Positions 55,454 to 64,000 of a stretch of DNA of 64,000 bases are shown here, piece by piece. A program made the position numbers and the translations under genes. The stretch lies in the IMG/VR virus record IMGVR_UViG_3300023275_000004, positions 32,001 through 96,000 of that record; one strand, 5' to 3'. Within the stretch, counting starts at the first letter, position 1. Each line of letters opens with the position of its first letter. Under the pieces are notes generated by a model. That model searched no databases. It worked only from the letters and a program-made list of their open reading frames with translations, and was not told the origin of the DNA. The DNA comes from a virus (lineage: Duplodnaviria > Caudoviricetes).

Positions 55454-56620
55454 TCAGTCTGCTAGCAAATCCTCATCTACCAGCGACGGAAGATCACTAT
55501 CTTCCTCACCCTCAACTACCGGGCTCTCTGTCACCACTGAGGCTACCAGAGTACGACACAGATCCACAACCAGCTTACGCCACTCTGGGTGCTCGTCGGC
55601 AAACTTCATCAACGTAGATTCTCCGTGAATGTAAGCGTTACCTTCCTTGGAGATGTCCATGTCTGGATGAATCAGCTCTGGCGACTTGTCAAAGTAGAAA
55701 TATCCTGAGGTGCCATAAATTTTCTTATTAGCAGCTAGAACATTCTTAGCGGTCCACATGTCATCGAAGCCCTTACCGAAGCGGACTCGCACGATAGCCT
55801 CCTTGTACGGAGGAGCGACCTTATTCTTAACAATCTTCACCTTGACGTTGGAAGCGATTGTTTCTGGCTTCTTGAGTCCAGTAAGAGGGTCCTTTACTTC
55901 TCCCTTGATCTGAGAGACTGGCGCGTACTCAATCCTCATAGAGGCATAGAACTTCAGAGAAACGCCGCCAGGGGTCGTCTTAACGGGACCAGCAGGGCCT
56001 CCTATACCAACCTTTTCCTTCAAGTGATTGATGAAGATAGCTAACGTGCCTGTTTCCATAAGGATCGGGTTAAGTTGCTGCATCAGAACTGACATCAGCC
56101 TGGCCTGTGGAGCGACTTGCACCTTTCCAACTTCATTATCACGAAGCGCGGCAGGAATCATGGAAGCCACAGAGTCAAAAATAACTACTCGAACTTTCCC
56201 AGTCTTGATCAGACTGACCGCAAAGTTAGCTCCATCCTCGAACAGGTTTGGCTGCGCGAAAATAAAACTGTCGTGGTCCGTGTCCAAGCCAAGATTCTTG
56301 GCGTAAACCGGGTCCATAGCCTGCTCATAGTCCAAATAAAGAATGTACTCATCTAGACCATTGGCAATGATGTCCTTCTGGTGGTTAGCTGCAACCATCA
56401 GAGCAGTAGTTGTCTTGCTTGACGCTGGCGGTCCAAAAAGTTCAACGCTACGACCTAGAGGAAGTCCTCCTACACCAGTGATGTAATCAATAGCAATACT
56501 GCCAGTGCTAATAGTAGGGTGATTCTCCGCTACCTTATTCATTGGCCCAGCATCGATATCGTACTTCTTCTTAGCGTCCTTTAGCAGGGCGTTAATATCC
56601 ATCTTAGCTTTACCTGGCAT
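55454..56620 (-). CDS. recA: RecA-like recombinase
   Basis: STGS..ID...GVGGLP.GR.VE.FGP...KTT, DSVA, ARLMS, TPGG..LKFYAS, KNKVAPP. Confidence 0.95.
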   Translation of the reverse strand: MPGKAKMDINALLKDAKKKYDIDAGPMNKVAENHPTISTGSIAIDYITGVGGLPLGRSVELFGPPASSKTTTALMVAANHQKDIIANGLDEYILYLDYEQAMDPVYAKNLGLDTDHDSFIFAQPNLFEDGANFAVSLIKTGKVRVVIFDSVASMIPAALRDNEVGKVQVAPQARLMSVLMQQLNPILMETGTLAIFINHLKEKVGIGGPAGPVKTTPGGVSLKFYASMRIEYAPVSQIKGEVKDPLTGLKKPETIASNVKVKIVKNKVAPPYKEAIVRVRFGKGFDDMWTAKNVLAANKKIYGTSGYFYFDKSPELIHPDMDISKEGNAYIHGESTLMKFADEHPEWRKLVVDLCRTLVASVVTESPVVEGEEDSDLPSLVDEDLLAD

Positions 56621-57231
56621 CAGACCTTCTTCTTTCTCTCAGGCGTCACTTTATCTGTGTATCTTTGTGTTCCATCAACGTCAAATGTACCGTGCTTTTC
56701 CAGCTGATCCAAACCCCAAATGCCAATTAAGTAGGCTGCACAATAGTCAGTCATTACTTTCTTAGCTAGATTCCTTTCTACTGCCTTCATTCCCTCTTCT
56801 ACCAAATTGGGAGGCGTGTAGAAATTTCTTTGAGCTACTGGAACAACTGCGTCAGGCCACTTCTCATCGGCTACTCGTTTATAGGATCTCTGCCACAGTG
56901 CAGGAGGCACGAATAAAATTTTATCTCGCTGTCCATACTGCTCCATAACTTCTGCGATCCTGCCTTGGATACGACACACTCTCTTTACAAGCGCGGCAAA
57001 CTTCAATCCATGAGGCAGATCTTCAATCAACATAACTTGCGGAGGAGTATCAACGTAGTTGGCTGGATCAAAGGGACTACAGATCTGATGAACAAATTCC
57101 ATCTCTGTCGGATGCCATGAATCCCAACCACTCACTACCTTTGCCTCTGATGGGTATGGTGGTAGCGAATAATTTATTTTTAACGCTGCTGAATATCTAG
57201 CAGCAAGATCAACACTTACTAGGCTTGCCAT
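56620..57231 (-). CDS. RuvC-like Holliday junction resolvase
   Basis: VSVDLA, LIED, P..WQ, D..AA acidic RNase H-fold pattern. Confidence 0.65.
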   Translation of the reverse strand: MASLVSVDLAARYSAALKINYSLPPYPSEAKVVSGWDSWHPTEMEFVHQICSPFDPANYVDTPPQVMLIEDLPHGLKFAALVKRVCRIQGRIAEVMEQYGQRDKILFVPPALWQRSYKRVADEKWPDAVVPVAQRNFYTPPNLVEEGMKAVERNLAKKVMTDYCAAYLIGIWGLDQLEKHGTFDVDGTQRYTDKVTPERKKKV

Positions 57232-57448
57232 TCGTTCTCCTCAAATAAAGAAGGCCCCCTCAATAGAAGGAGCCTTCCTAAAATTTACTTCGGATCATTC
57301 TCGTCTGCATGCCCACAGTTTCTAATGATCTTAACTACCTTCCAAGTTCCGTCAGTTTGACGTTCCTCGGTGTAAAAGGTCATCATTGCTGCCCTACAGA
57401 CGAGACAAGTTGATAACTTGCTAGACTTTCTAACGTCCAGATCATCCA

Positions 57449-58348
57449 TCAGACATCCAGAAGGTCTTCCCAAGTGGCAGCCTTAGGCTCTGTCTTGTCA
57501 GCAGGCTTAGTGGTAACCGCAGGAGTCTCAGCAGGCTTCTCGTCCAGCAGGTTGTTCAGGCTGTCAGTCAGACCCGGAAGTTCCTTAGCAGCCAGCGTAG
57601 GCTCAGCGCCCTTGCCATTCACTGTACGGTGAGCTTCACGAATCTTCTCGATGTCCTGGTCAATCCAACGCTGCTCTGTGTTCCTACCAACCAAGCTCAG
57701 AAGGTCGCCAGCACGGTTAGCCTTAAGCGTTGCGAGAGTAGTCTCACGGTACTCAGGGCTGCTGTTCCAAAGAGCCTTTACATCATAATTAATGTCAAAC
57801 TTCTGGAACTGAGGATCGGTGCAAGGACCAAGCAGAAGGTCATGCTCCTGAAGGGAGCCAACAATTGACGCAATATCAACCAACTTGTTGAAAATAACGT
57901 CAGTGAACTGCCACACCAAAATGTTAACTCCGTACGGAGCATCAGTCAGGTTGAAGTTGGCAGGGTTGGTGTTGTACTTAACAACGTGAACAGCGAACCT
58001 ACGCTTCGGAGCCTCAGCCATAGCTGAATTCTCCTTAGCCAGAGCACAGACGGCACAGTTCTTTGGATCGATACCAACCTCGCCCAGCGTGTCCTCATCG
58101 CCCTTACAGCGTGAACGGCTCAGCCAATCAGTGACTAGCGCCTGGAAAGTAGTTCCATCCTTGCGGTCTACACTCTTGTAGACTGGCTTACCATCTACGA
58201 TCTTAGGAGCGCGAAGATCGTGAACGTAAGCAAACTCAGGATTCTCCAGAATCGCAACGCGGACGCGCTGGTTCTTGTCAAGCTTCAGCTTAGGAAAGTC
58301 TGAAACTGCCTGAGTCTTGTTCTTGGTCTCGAACGTAATCTTAGCCAT
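57449..58348 (-). CDS. Single-stranded DNA-binding protein (gp32-like)
   Basis: LKL.....R..I, H...C...C..C metal site, acidic tail WEDLLDV; replication context. Confidence 0.65.
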   Translation of the reverse strand: MAKITFETKNKTQAVSDFPKLKLDKNQRVRVAILENPEFAYVHDLRAPKIVDGKPVYKSVDRKDGTTFQALVTDWLSRSRCKGDEDTLGEVGIDPKNCAVCALAKENSAMAEAPKRRFAVHVVKYNTNPANFNLTDAPYGVNILVWQFTDVIFNKLVDIASIVGSLQEHDLLLGPCTDPQFQKFDINYDVKALWNSSPEYRETTLATLKANRAGDLLSLVGRNTEQRWIDQDIEKIREAHRTVNGKGAEPTLAAKELPGLTDSLNNLLDEKPAETPAVTTKPADKTEPKAATWEDLLDV

Positions 58349-58436
58349 TATTTTAATTCCTGTTCTCTGTTTTTACGGCGACCGTTGTTCGGCCAGCTCT
58401 ACAATATATTACCAGTTCAGAGTGCCTTGTTCCAAC

Positions 58437-58967
58437 TTATGAAGTTGTGTATTCCATAGCATTTACCATTGGTACAGCCTTGATTCTAGCAAGCAAATCC
58501 TGTCGTGCTGAATCTAGACCTCGATACATCTTCTGCAAAGCATCTACTGTCTCCTCTGTCCAAGAAAGAACTTCTTCAGCCTTTCTGGCAGCTTGGCGCT
58601 CTTCAATAGATGCCATGTTAGCCGTAGCATACTTCTCCCTAGGAGCCGTAAACTCCTGAGCCGCTACCAAGCTAACAGTTTTCTTTTCCTTTATCTGAGA
58701 CAGACTTTCATCCCATTTATCACTAGCATCATTTTGAGCTGCCTTGAATGTTCTAGAGGCATCACCTTTGCGAATAATGGCTCTAACCATTAGGTACTCA
58801 ATTCTATCCAGCCTAGCTCTGTAGTCTTGGAGAACTGCCAACATAATTGAGGTATCATCATCTGCTTTCGCAATTGGTGCGTTATACCTCAGTTCCACAG
58901 CTTCCTTAAGATACTCAGACATTAGCTGTGGAATTGATTTAGACGGGCTTGTGCTCGAATCTGTCAC
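58437..58967 (-). CDS. Helical hypothetical protein (possible recombination mediator)
   Basis: Coiled coil next to SSB and RecA. Confidence 0.6.
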   Translation of the reverse strand: MTDSSTSPSKSIPQLMSEYLKEAVELRYNAPIAKADDDTSIMLAVLQDYRARLDRIEYLMVRAIIRKGDASRTFKAAQNDASDKWDESLSQIKEKKTVSLVAAQEFTAPREKYATANMASIEERQAARKAEEVLSWTEETVDALQKMYRGLDSARQDLLARIKAVPMVNAMEYTTS

Positions 58968-59340
58968 CTAGAACCTCCTTGTTAATGGCTAGAAGCCAAC
59001 CAGGAATATTTCCTTCTGTCCTGATAATGACTTGATCAGCCTTCTCAGGATAGACCTGATCATGAAGTTGAACAAAGCCAGTAAGCAAGCCCTTGAAGAA
59101 AACTGACACCTTCTCCTGCTCTTCCAAGGCTCCACGGGTATACACAATAGCATCCTGAAGCTCTTCATAAAGGTCCTGAAGAAAATTTCTTCCGTTGTAT
59201 GCCTGAAGCAGCGAATCGTACTTCTTCAGACCGAAATCCTTGCGCTCAGTAATATCTGAGATAACGAGATCGTGCATGGAAGCCCCGCTAGTAGAAATAG
59301 GCTTCGGCTCGCCATGCTCATAGTCTGGCGTGTTACCCAT
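58939..59340 (-). CDS. Phage protein with a MazG-like helical motif
   Basis: R...G..KY...L.......L....EE..D...Y. Confidence 0.6.
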   Translation of the reverse strand: MGNTPDYEHGEPKPISTSGASMHDLVISDITERKDFGLKKYDSLLQAYNGRNFLQDLYEELQDAIVYTRGALEEQEKVSVFFKGLLTGFVQLHDQVYPEKADQVIIRTEGNIPGWLLAINKEVLGDRFEHKPV

Positions 59341-59584
59341 ATGTAATAATCACTTCCTCTAAGGTACCTGGAGCGGTTCCTGTGCCTGAAAAATCTGATT
59401 CTTGATAGTCGTTAATCTCTGCGCCTAGTTCTTTGATTACGGACATAAAATCCTCATCACGAATACTATGGCCTTGGAAACGGCATACTCCGTCAACATA
59501 GAGAGCCGCCCAATCACCGTTCTGATCATAAATCAGATCAACTTTCATCGGAGGCTGAGATTTCACGTAGCTTGTTAATAACAT
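59333..59584 (-). CDS. Hypothetical protein
   Basis: GDW.ALYVDG....GHS motif; start probably MKVDL. Confidence 0.6.
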   Translation of the reverse strand: MLLTSYVKSQPPMKVDLIYDQNGDWAALYVDGVCRFQGHSIRDEDFMSVIKELGAEINDYQESDFSGTGTAPGTLEEVIITYG

Positions 59585-59852
59585 TTTCCTTAGTCTTCTT
59601 CATCCTGTCCAAATCTTCCTGGACATCTTCTCGGGGCATGTTAAAGGCAAGGATCATAGAGTTGAACAGGTGAATCTCTGCCTCTGCTGTAAGAAGCAAA
59701 AAGGCCAGCCTTGAGCCTACCTGCTTACGCTCAATGTCTAGCTCAGCCTCATAAAGAATGCTGGCAAGATCATTCTCGTCAACCTCTACTTCAACCTTTT
59801 TCCAGTCTTGGCTTCCGACTACTGTGCCGGAATACATGCGTACAACCCTCAT
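59538..59852 (-). CDS. Hypothetical protein
   Basis: AGGAG RBS. Confidence 0.65.
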   Translation of the reverse strand: MRVVRMYSGTVVGSQDWKKVEVEVDENDLASILYEAELDIERKQVGSRLAFLLLTAEAEIHLFNSMILAFNMPREDVQEDLDRMKKTKENVINKLREISASDES

Positions 59853-59902
59853 GTCATCTCCTGTTCGCTTTTCTCAAGTTTACTGTAGTTAGGGCGTCGG
59901 CC

Positions 59903-62335
59903 CTAGAGCGCTAGTCCTGCAAAGACATCTGAGGGATCAACCTCATCTACCGGGCAGTATACTCTAGCGCCACCTAGAGCCAACGAAATCTTTGCTTGTG
60001 CTGCTGCTCCTAGGGAGGTACCCAAAGGAAGCTCTACATCGCCCTCAGGAGTCTTGAGGGATACCTTGGTGCTACCAGGGTTAGCCTTCAGTAGAGCTAC
60101 GAACCTCTTATAAGACTCCAACTCTGGCATATGATCCAACTCCACCACCAAAGCACTATCACTACTTACCGGTTCAAAAACTTCAGGTTCTGAAATTTCT
60201 GTCTCAGGCTCTTCGGGAGTAGCCAAAGGTTCAATAACTGGCTCATCATCAGGAGGAGCAAGCATCTCGCCCTTCTTAATCCAGATAGATCCGTCATCCT
60301 TCAAGATGATGTCCTTAACTGAGCCCCACTTCTGACCAATGTGCCAGTCAGCAACCATGTTGGGCCATCCATCGATAGGAAATACTACGGCTGGTCGAAT
60401 GATGTTGATAGCTGTCTTCAAATCAATAGACCTATGTACGTAGAATTCCAGCGCGTCATGCACATTCATAACTAGCTTAATTTTGTCAGCTAATCCTGCT
60501 GCTGCAATTGCCTTGTGGGCACGCACCATAGCAATACGAGGATAGTCCCCAGTAGCCGCACCCTGAATTGGATAGTTGAAGGCGTTCCTGTCTCCACCTG
60601 ATCTAATCCAGTGCTTGTCACTTTCATATGCCCAGATCGGGCACTTACGACCGAAACGAGTAAGTACGTAGTGATGCTTACGACCAAACTCAATCTGCCT
60701 ATCAACCCAAACCTTGATGTTCGAGTAAGCCGAGAAGTACATAGCAAACAGCTCTTCAGCTTCCTCAACGGAGATAGCCAGACGATCAGCCAAAGATTTA
60801 GCGCCCATACCGTAAAGAAGAGCGAAATTACAAGTTTTTCCAATTGCTCGGTCTTCCTTGGTAACTTCAGAAATATCCTTACGCAACATAAGGGCAGCCG
60901 TAGCTGAGTGAACATCCACTCCTGACTCGAAGGCGTCTAGTAGAGCCTTCTCACCAGCCTCGCCTGCAATAGCTCGTAGTTCGGCCTGGCTGAGGTCGAA
61001 TCCGAGGATGTAGTAGTCGTCGGGAGCAATAATTGCGTCGCGGAAATTGAATTTGAACGTCTCACCAGATCTGAGTTCATACCAGTGACTAAACGTCCTA
61101 CCAGTCTTTTCACCATTTTTACGGTTCAGCACTCCATTCTCGTCTACGAATTCTTCAATGCCGTCTTTGGGAGCCTGTTGGTAGTTAGGATCTGAGGCTG
61201 AGAATCGCCCAGTAACTACGAAAGCCTGGTTAAGACCAGGATGCACCCTGCCATCAGGAGCATAGCCATATTCCTTCTCGTACTTAACGAGATAGGAAGT
61301 AAGCAGCTTCTTTAAGCCCTTCCACTCATGGATTTTCTTAACTACTGGGTACTGCCTGGAAAGTGCCTCAAGCGCAATAGCGTCCGTCGACATTTTCTTT
61401 TCGTCAGAATCCTTACTGCCCTTCGTATATCTAGTAGTACTCATTCCTAGCTTATTGTAAAGAATGTTAGCTAATTGAGGAGATGAGCCTAGGTTGATGT
61501 TGACTGGTTCACCAACCATTTCAGAAAGATCTTCTTGGATCTCCGCATTAATTTTCTCTACGAAACTTTCTGCCTGCTCACGAGTCTTACGGAAAAGCTC
61601 CCAGTCAAACTTAAGACCAAAGTCTTCCATATCACAGAGAACATACATGAGTTCCATATCTACCTTGTAGAGGAACTTATCTACAACCATAGGATGATAC
61701 AACTCGTGAACTGCTAGACACCAAAGGGCATCCTCACAAGCATAATCGATTACTTTAGGCTCTAGTTCCAGCTCATTGAATCGCAGAGTATTCATCTTGT
61801 TAGCTGGAAGGTCGAACAGCTCTTCGATTTTGATCATCTTATGACCGAATAGAGACTCAACCAGAGCTTTAAGACCGTGAGCCTTTTCCTCACCTACTAA
61901 GAAGGACTCAATCCAAGTATCACTTCTGACCTTAAAATATCCATTGGTCTTTCTTACAGCCTCACCAAAGATAGGATCATCCCAAAGCTGCTCACGAAAG
62001 AATCTAGACATGTTCCTAAGCTCGAAGCCAGCGTTGTGTGCAACGATAAGCCCTGAATTCATCAGGGGCCAAAGTAACTTAGCTGCCTCAAGGTTATCCA
62101 GGTTATCAGCCATGTCATGATTCAAGGCAGCATACCTAGCCCACTGCTGAGAGTTAGTAAAGCTAAATCCAGCAATAAGGTTAGTTTCAATATGCACTGA
62201 GCCCTTTTTTACAGGTGGTCCAACGTAGCCTGTCTCAAGGTCATAACCTACAGGCTTTTGCTCCTCGATAAGCTTCTCGAAGTATTCGCCTAGCTCTTTG
62301 ATGGACTCTACGCGACCGTAGTTTTTTACAGACAT
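59903..62335 (-). CDS. polA: Family A DNA polymerase with 3'-5' exonuclease and extra C-terminal domain
   Basis: DLET, HNA.FE, YACED; TGR.S...PN.Q, DLSQAELR, K..NF..LYG, IQG, VHD. Confidence 0.93.
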   Translation of the reverse strand: MSVKNYGRVESIKELGEYFEKLIEEQKPVGYDLETGYVGPPVKKGSVHIETNLIAGFSFTNSQQWARYAALNHDMADNLDNLEAAKLLWPLMNSGLIVAHNAGFELRNMSRFFREQLWDDPIFGEAVRKTNGYFKVRSDTWIESFLVGEEKAHGLKALVESLFGHKMIKIEELFDLPANKMNTLRFNELELEPKVIDYACEDALWCLAVHELYHPMVVDKFLYKVDMELMYVLCDMEDFGLKFDWELFRKTREQAESFVEKINAEIQEDLSEMVGEPVNINLGSSPQLANILYNKLGMSTTRYTKGSKDSDEKKMSTDAIALEALSRQYPVVKKIHEWKGLKKLLTSYLVKYEKEYGYAPDGRVHPGLNQAFVVTGRFSASDPNYQQAPKDGIEEFVDENGVLNRKNGEKTGRTFSHWYELRSGETFKFNFRDAIIAPDDYYILGFDLSQAELRAIAGEAGEKALLDAFESGVDVHSATAALMLRKDISEVTKEDRAIGKTCNFALLYGMGAKSLADRLAISVEEAEELFAMYFSAYSNIKVWVDRQIEFGRKHHYVLTRFGRKCPIWAYESDKHWIRSGGDRNAFNYPIQGAATGDYPRIAMVRAHKAIAAAGLADKIKLVMNVHDALEFYVHRSIDLKTAINIIRPAVVFPIDGWPNMVADWHIGQKWGSVKDIILKDDGSIWIKKGEMLAPPDDEPVIEPLATPEEPETEISEPEVFEPVSSDSALVVELDHMPELESYKRFVALLKANPGSTKVSLKTPEGDVELPLGTSLGAAAQAKISLALGGARVYCPVDEVDPSDVFAGLAL

Positions 62336-62802
62336 CAAACCTCCGTCTCAAGCTCTCCATCGGCAAACTTCACGATGTTTTCCGTTACTGAGATCGTAAC
62401 AGGCTTGATAGGTTCCTTCCTAGTCTCCACATAATCGTGAAAAACGGTAGGAACGTATTCAAACTTTTGACGGGTACGTTCTTTCCAATGGAGATTACGG
62501 TGCTCTTCCATGGAGTATCTTGTTCCGTCTTCTGCAACATAGTAAGAGCCATCTTTGATGTGCGTCCCGCTAGCTGCCCAGGGGTTTATTCTTTTCCCTG
62601 TTCTAGTGTCAACACTGTATGAGTTGGGCGTATGACTTGTCCAACGTGATCCAGCGAGAGGCTGAATCTTTACCTTGCCCTTATCAGTAATTTCCACTAC
62701 CTGACCCTTGACAAGGTTAATACATCTACCTGCCGACTGAGCGTAAATTACGTAATCACCTGGCTTGTATTCATTTCCTAGGAAGTCTGTTTTGGTTTGC
62801 AC
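62335..62802 (-). CDS. Hypothetical protein (SH3-like)
   Basis: TDFLGNE..PGD.V.Y motif. Confidence 0.7.
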   Translation of the reverse strand: MQTKTDFLGNEYKPGDYVIYAQSAGRCINLVKGQVVEITDKGKVKIQPLAGSRWTSHTPNSYSVDTRTGKRINPWAASGTHIKDGSYYVAEDGTRYSMEEHRNLHWKERTRQKFEYVPTVFHDYVETRKEPIKPVTISVTENIVKFADGELETEV

Positions 62803-63247
62803 AGCGTCGTCTCATCTCTGGATACATAATTTTTTGTAGGTTTGTTTCTGCTTGGTGACATGTAGTGCATAGCATTTCTAGATTATCGTGATGATGCATA
62901 CACGAAAAAGAGCTTTTGTCTCCTAATCGTGGAATTATATGGTTACATTCTAGTGCCAAGCCATTCTTAATCAGAACTGGCTCGCATGTTCCGCAGTGAG
63001 CACAAACAGGATGTCTATGCTCACCCTTAAATCTAGGACAAGGACAGACACCCTTAGATGTACGTACACACCAACGTCTTGCTTGCGTGTACCTGTGCTG
63101 ATCCCTGAACATCTTCATACAGGAACCATCATGCCAGACGCGACGCCTCGGCCCTAGTGTCAAATTACACCAGCGACACTTACTCTCGTCACCGTCCCAC
63201 TGAGAGAGTGGGCACAGTCTAGGATCTACTAGCACAACATCGGACAA
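62771..63247 (-). CDS. HNH endonuclease-like protein
   Basis: CAHC, ECNHIIP, NL..LC..CH...T. Confidence 0.75.
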   Translation of the reverse strand: MSDVVLVDPRLCPLSQWDGDESKCRWCNLTLGPRRRVWHDGSCMKMFRDQHRYTQARRWCVRTSKGVCPCPRFKGEHRHPVCAHCGTCEPVLIKNGLALECNHIIPRLGDKSSFSCMHHHDNLEMLCTTCHQAETNLQKIMYPEMRRRCANQNRLPRK

Positions 63248-63269
63248 TCGCTCTTTTCTTACAATATTG

Positions 63270-63351
63270 TAGGGGTGAAGGGACTTGAACCCTCACGCCT
63301 TTCGGCACTGGGTTTTGAATCCAGCATGTCTGCCAATTCCATCACACCCCC
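63270..63351 (-). tRNA. tRNA-Leu(CAA)
   Basis: Loop TTCAAAA, variable arm. Confidence 0.9.
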
Positions 63352-63366
63352 AGGTCTACGTACATA

Positions 63367-63999
63367 TTACCATAGACCGACCAGTAATTCCATAGCTCCA
63401 GCAGTAGCGTGCCTCTGTATAGCATCATCAACCACTGTTAATACATTCCTACACTTAGTTAACCTAGTCGGATCATAATTCTTGGCAATAGCTCCATATT
63501 TATGGACCAAGAATAACTTAATTCCTGTAGCTTCTGCAAGCTCTCTAGACGTATTGAAGTTTGGAACAGCCTTCCAAAGCGTGTGCAAAACATCTAGTCT
63601 GGAGTAAAGCTGTCCAACTACTCTGGCATACTCTGATTCTGGAAGAGCATTAAGCTCTAGCAAAGCTGATTTCTTATTGTTAAAAATAAGACAATCAGAA
63701 AAAGACTGCTTAGCAAACTCCTGTGTCAACTGAGCCGTAACCTGAGGCCCTGGATCTCCCCTAAACATAAGCGACTTTTTACAAACATTCATAACTGTAG
63801 GCAGGTCACTACCAGCTCGCTCGATAAGAAACTTAGCCGTCATGTCGCTGAAGTTAGAATTTCGCTTGACCCAAGCTATTAACTCTTCATCGTTAGGGAG
63901 AGAACATTTGACAGTCTTGCCCTTGCTTCTAATTAACTCAACATGAGCAGCAAGTTCTGGCTTCTTAGTGTCAGGAACATAAGGATAATCTGCATCATT
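63367..63999 (-). CDS. Clamp-loader delta (HolA)-like protein, 5'-truncated by the window edge
   Basis: Frame open to the edge: G..VKC..P...ELIAWV......AKFLIERAGSDL..V.N...K. Confidence 0.6.
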   Translation of the reverse strand, partial: NDADYPYVPDTKKPELAAHVELIRSKGKTVKCSLPNDEELIAWVKRNSNFSDMTAKFLIERAGSDLPTVMNVCKKSLMFRGDPGPQVTAQLTQEFAKQSFSDCLIFNNKKSALLELNALPESEYARVVGQLYSRLDVLHTLWKAVPNFNTSRELAEATGIKLFLVHKYGAIAKNYDPTRLTKCRNVLTVVDDAIQRHATAGAMELLVGLW

Positions 64000-64000
64000 T

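Noticed and set aside
37354-59340. Z-base or other hypermodified-DNA pathway suggested by the DUF6378, MazG-like and ParB-like genes
   Set aside because: No PurZ, queuosine-pathway or transferase genes in this window; evidence insufficient
49694-62335. Inteins or introns in NrdA, RecA or PolA
   Set aside because: Lengths are normal, motifs are contiguous and no splice-junction signatures are visible

Overview
A 64 kb segment, probably starting near one genome end, of a large lytic actinomycete phage. Evidence: about 48-50% GC by eye, nearly all genes on the minus strand, sigma70/HrdB-type promoters, leaderless genes and an actinomycete-type endolysin. (1) 1-15 kb: a non-coding end region with short repeats, then an array of small early genes. 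Most have their own promoter, and in 12 cases the promoter is built into a terminator-like hairpin. (2) 15-64 kb: replication, repair and nucleotide genes, including ThyX, a split SbcC/Rad50 with SbcD, beta clamp, RecB-family nuclease, Thg1, RNR, thioredoxin, RecA, RuvC-like resolvase, SSB, family A polymerase and a clamp-loader delta-like gene. The same region holds an endolysin, two tail-fibre-like genes, a secreted neprosin-family protease and two HNH nucleases. Interleaved are 34 tRNA genes covering all 20 amino acids. The most unusual element is a set of about 9 non-canonical tRNA-scaffold RNAs. These include an ~81-nt tmRNA-like gene with no mRNA domain, an RNA with three T-arms and tRNAs with branched or expanded anticodon arms. 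All RNA structures were folded by eye and all protein calls rest on motif recognition, not database searches. RNA coordinates are +/- 1-2 nt.
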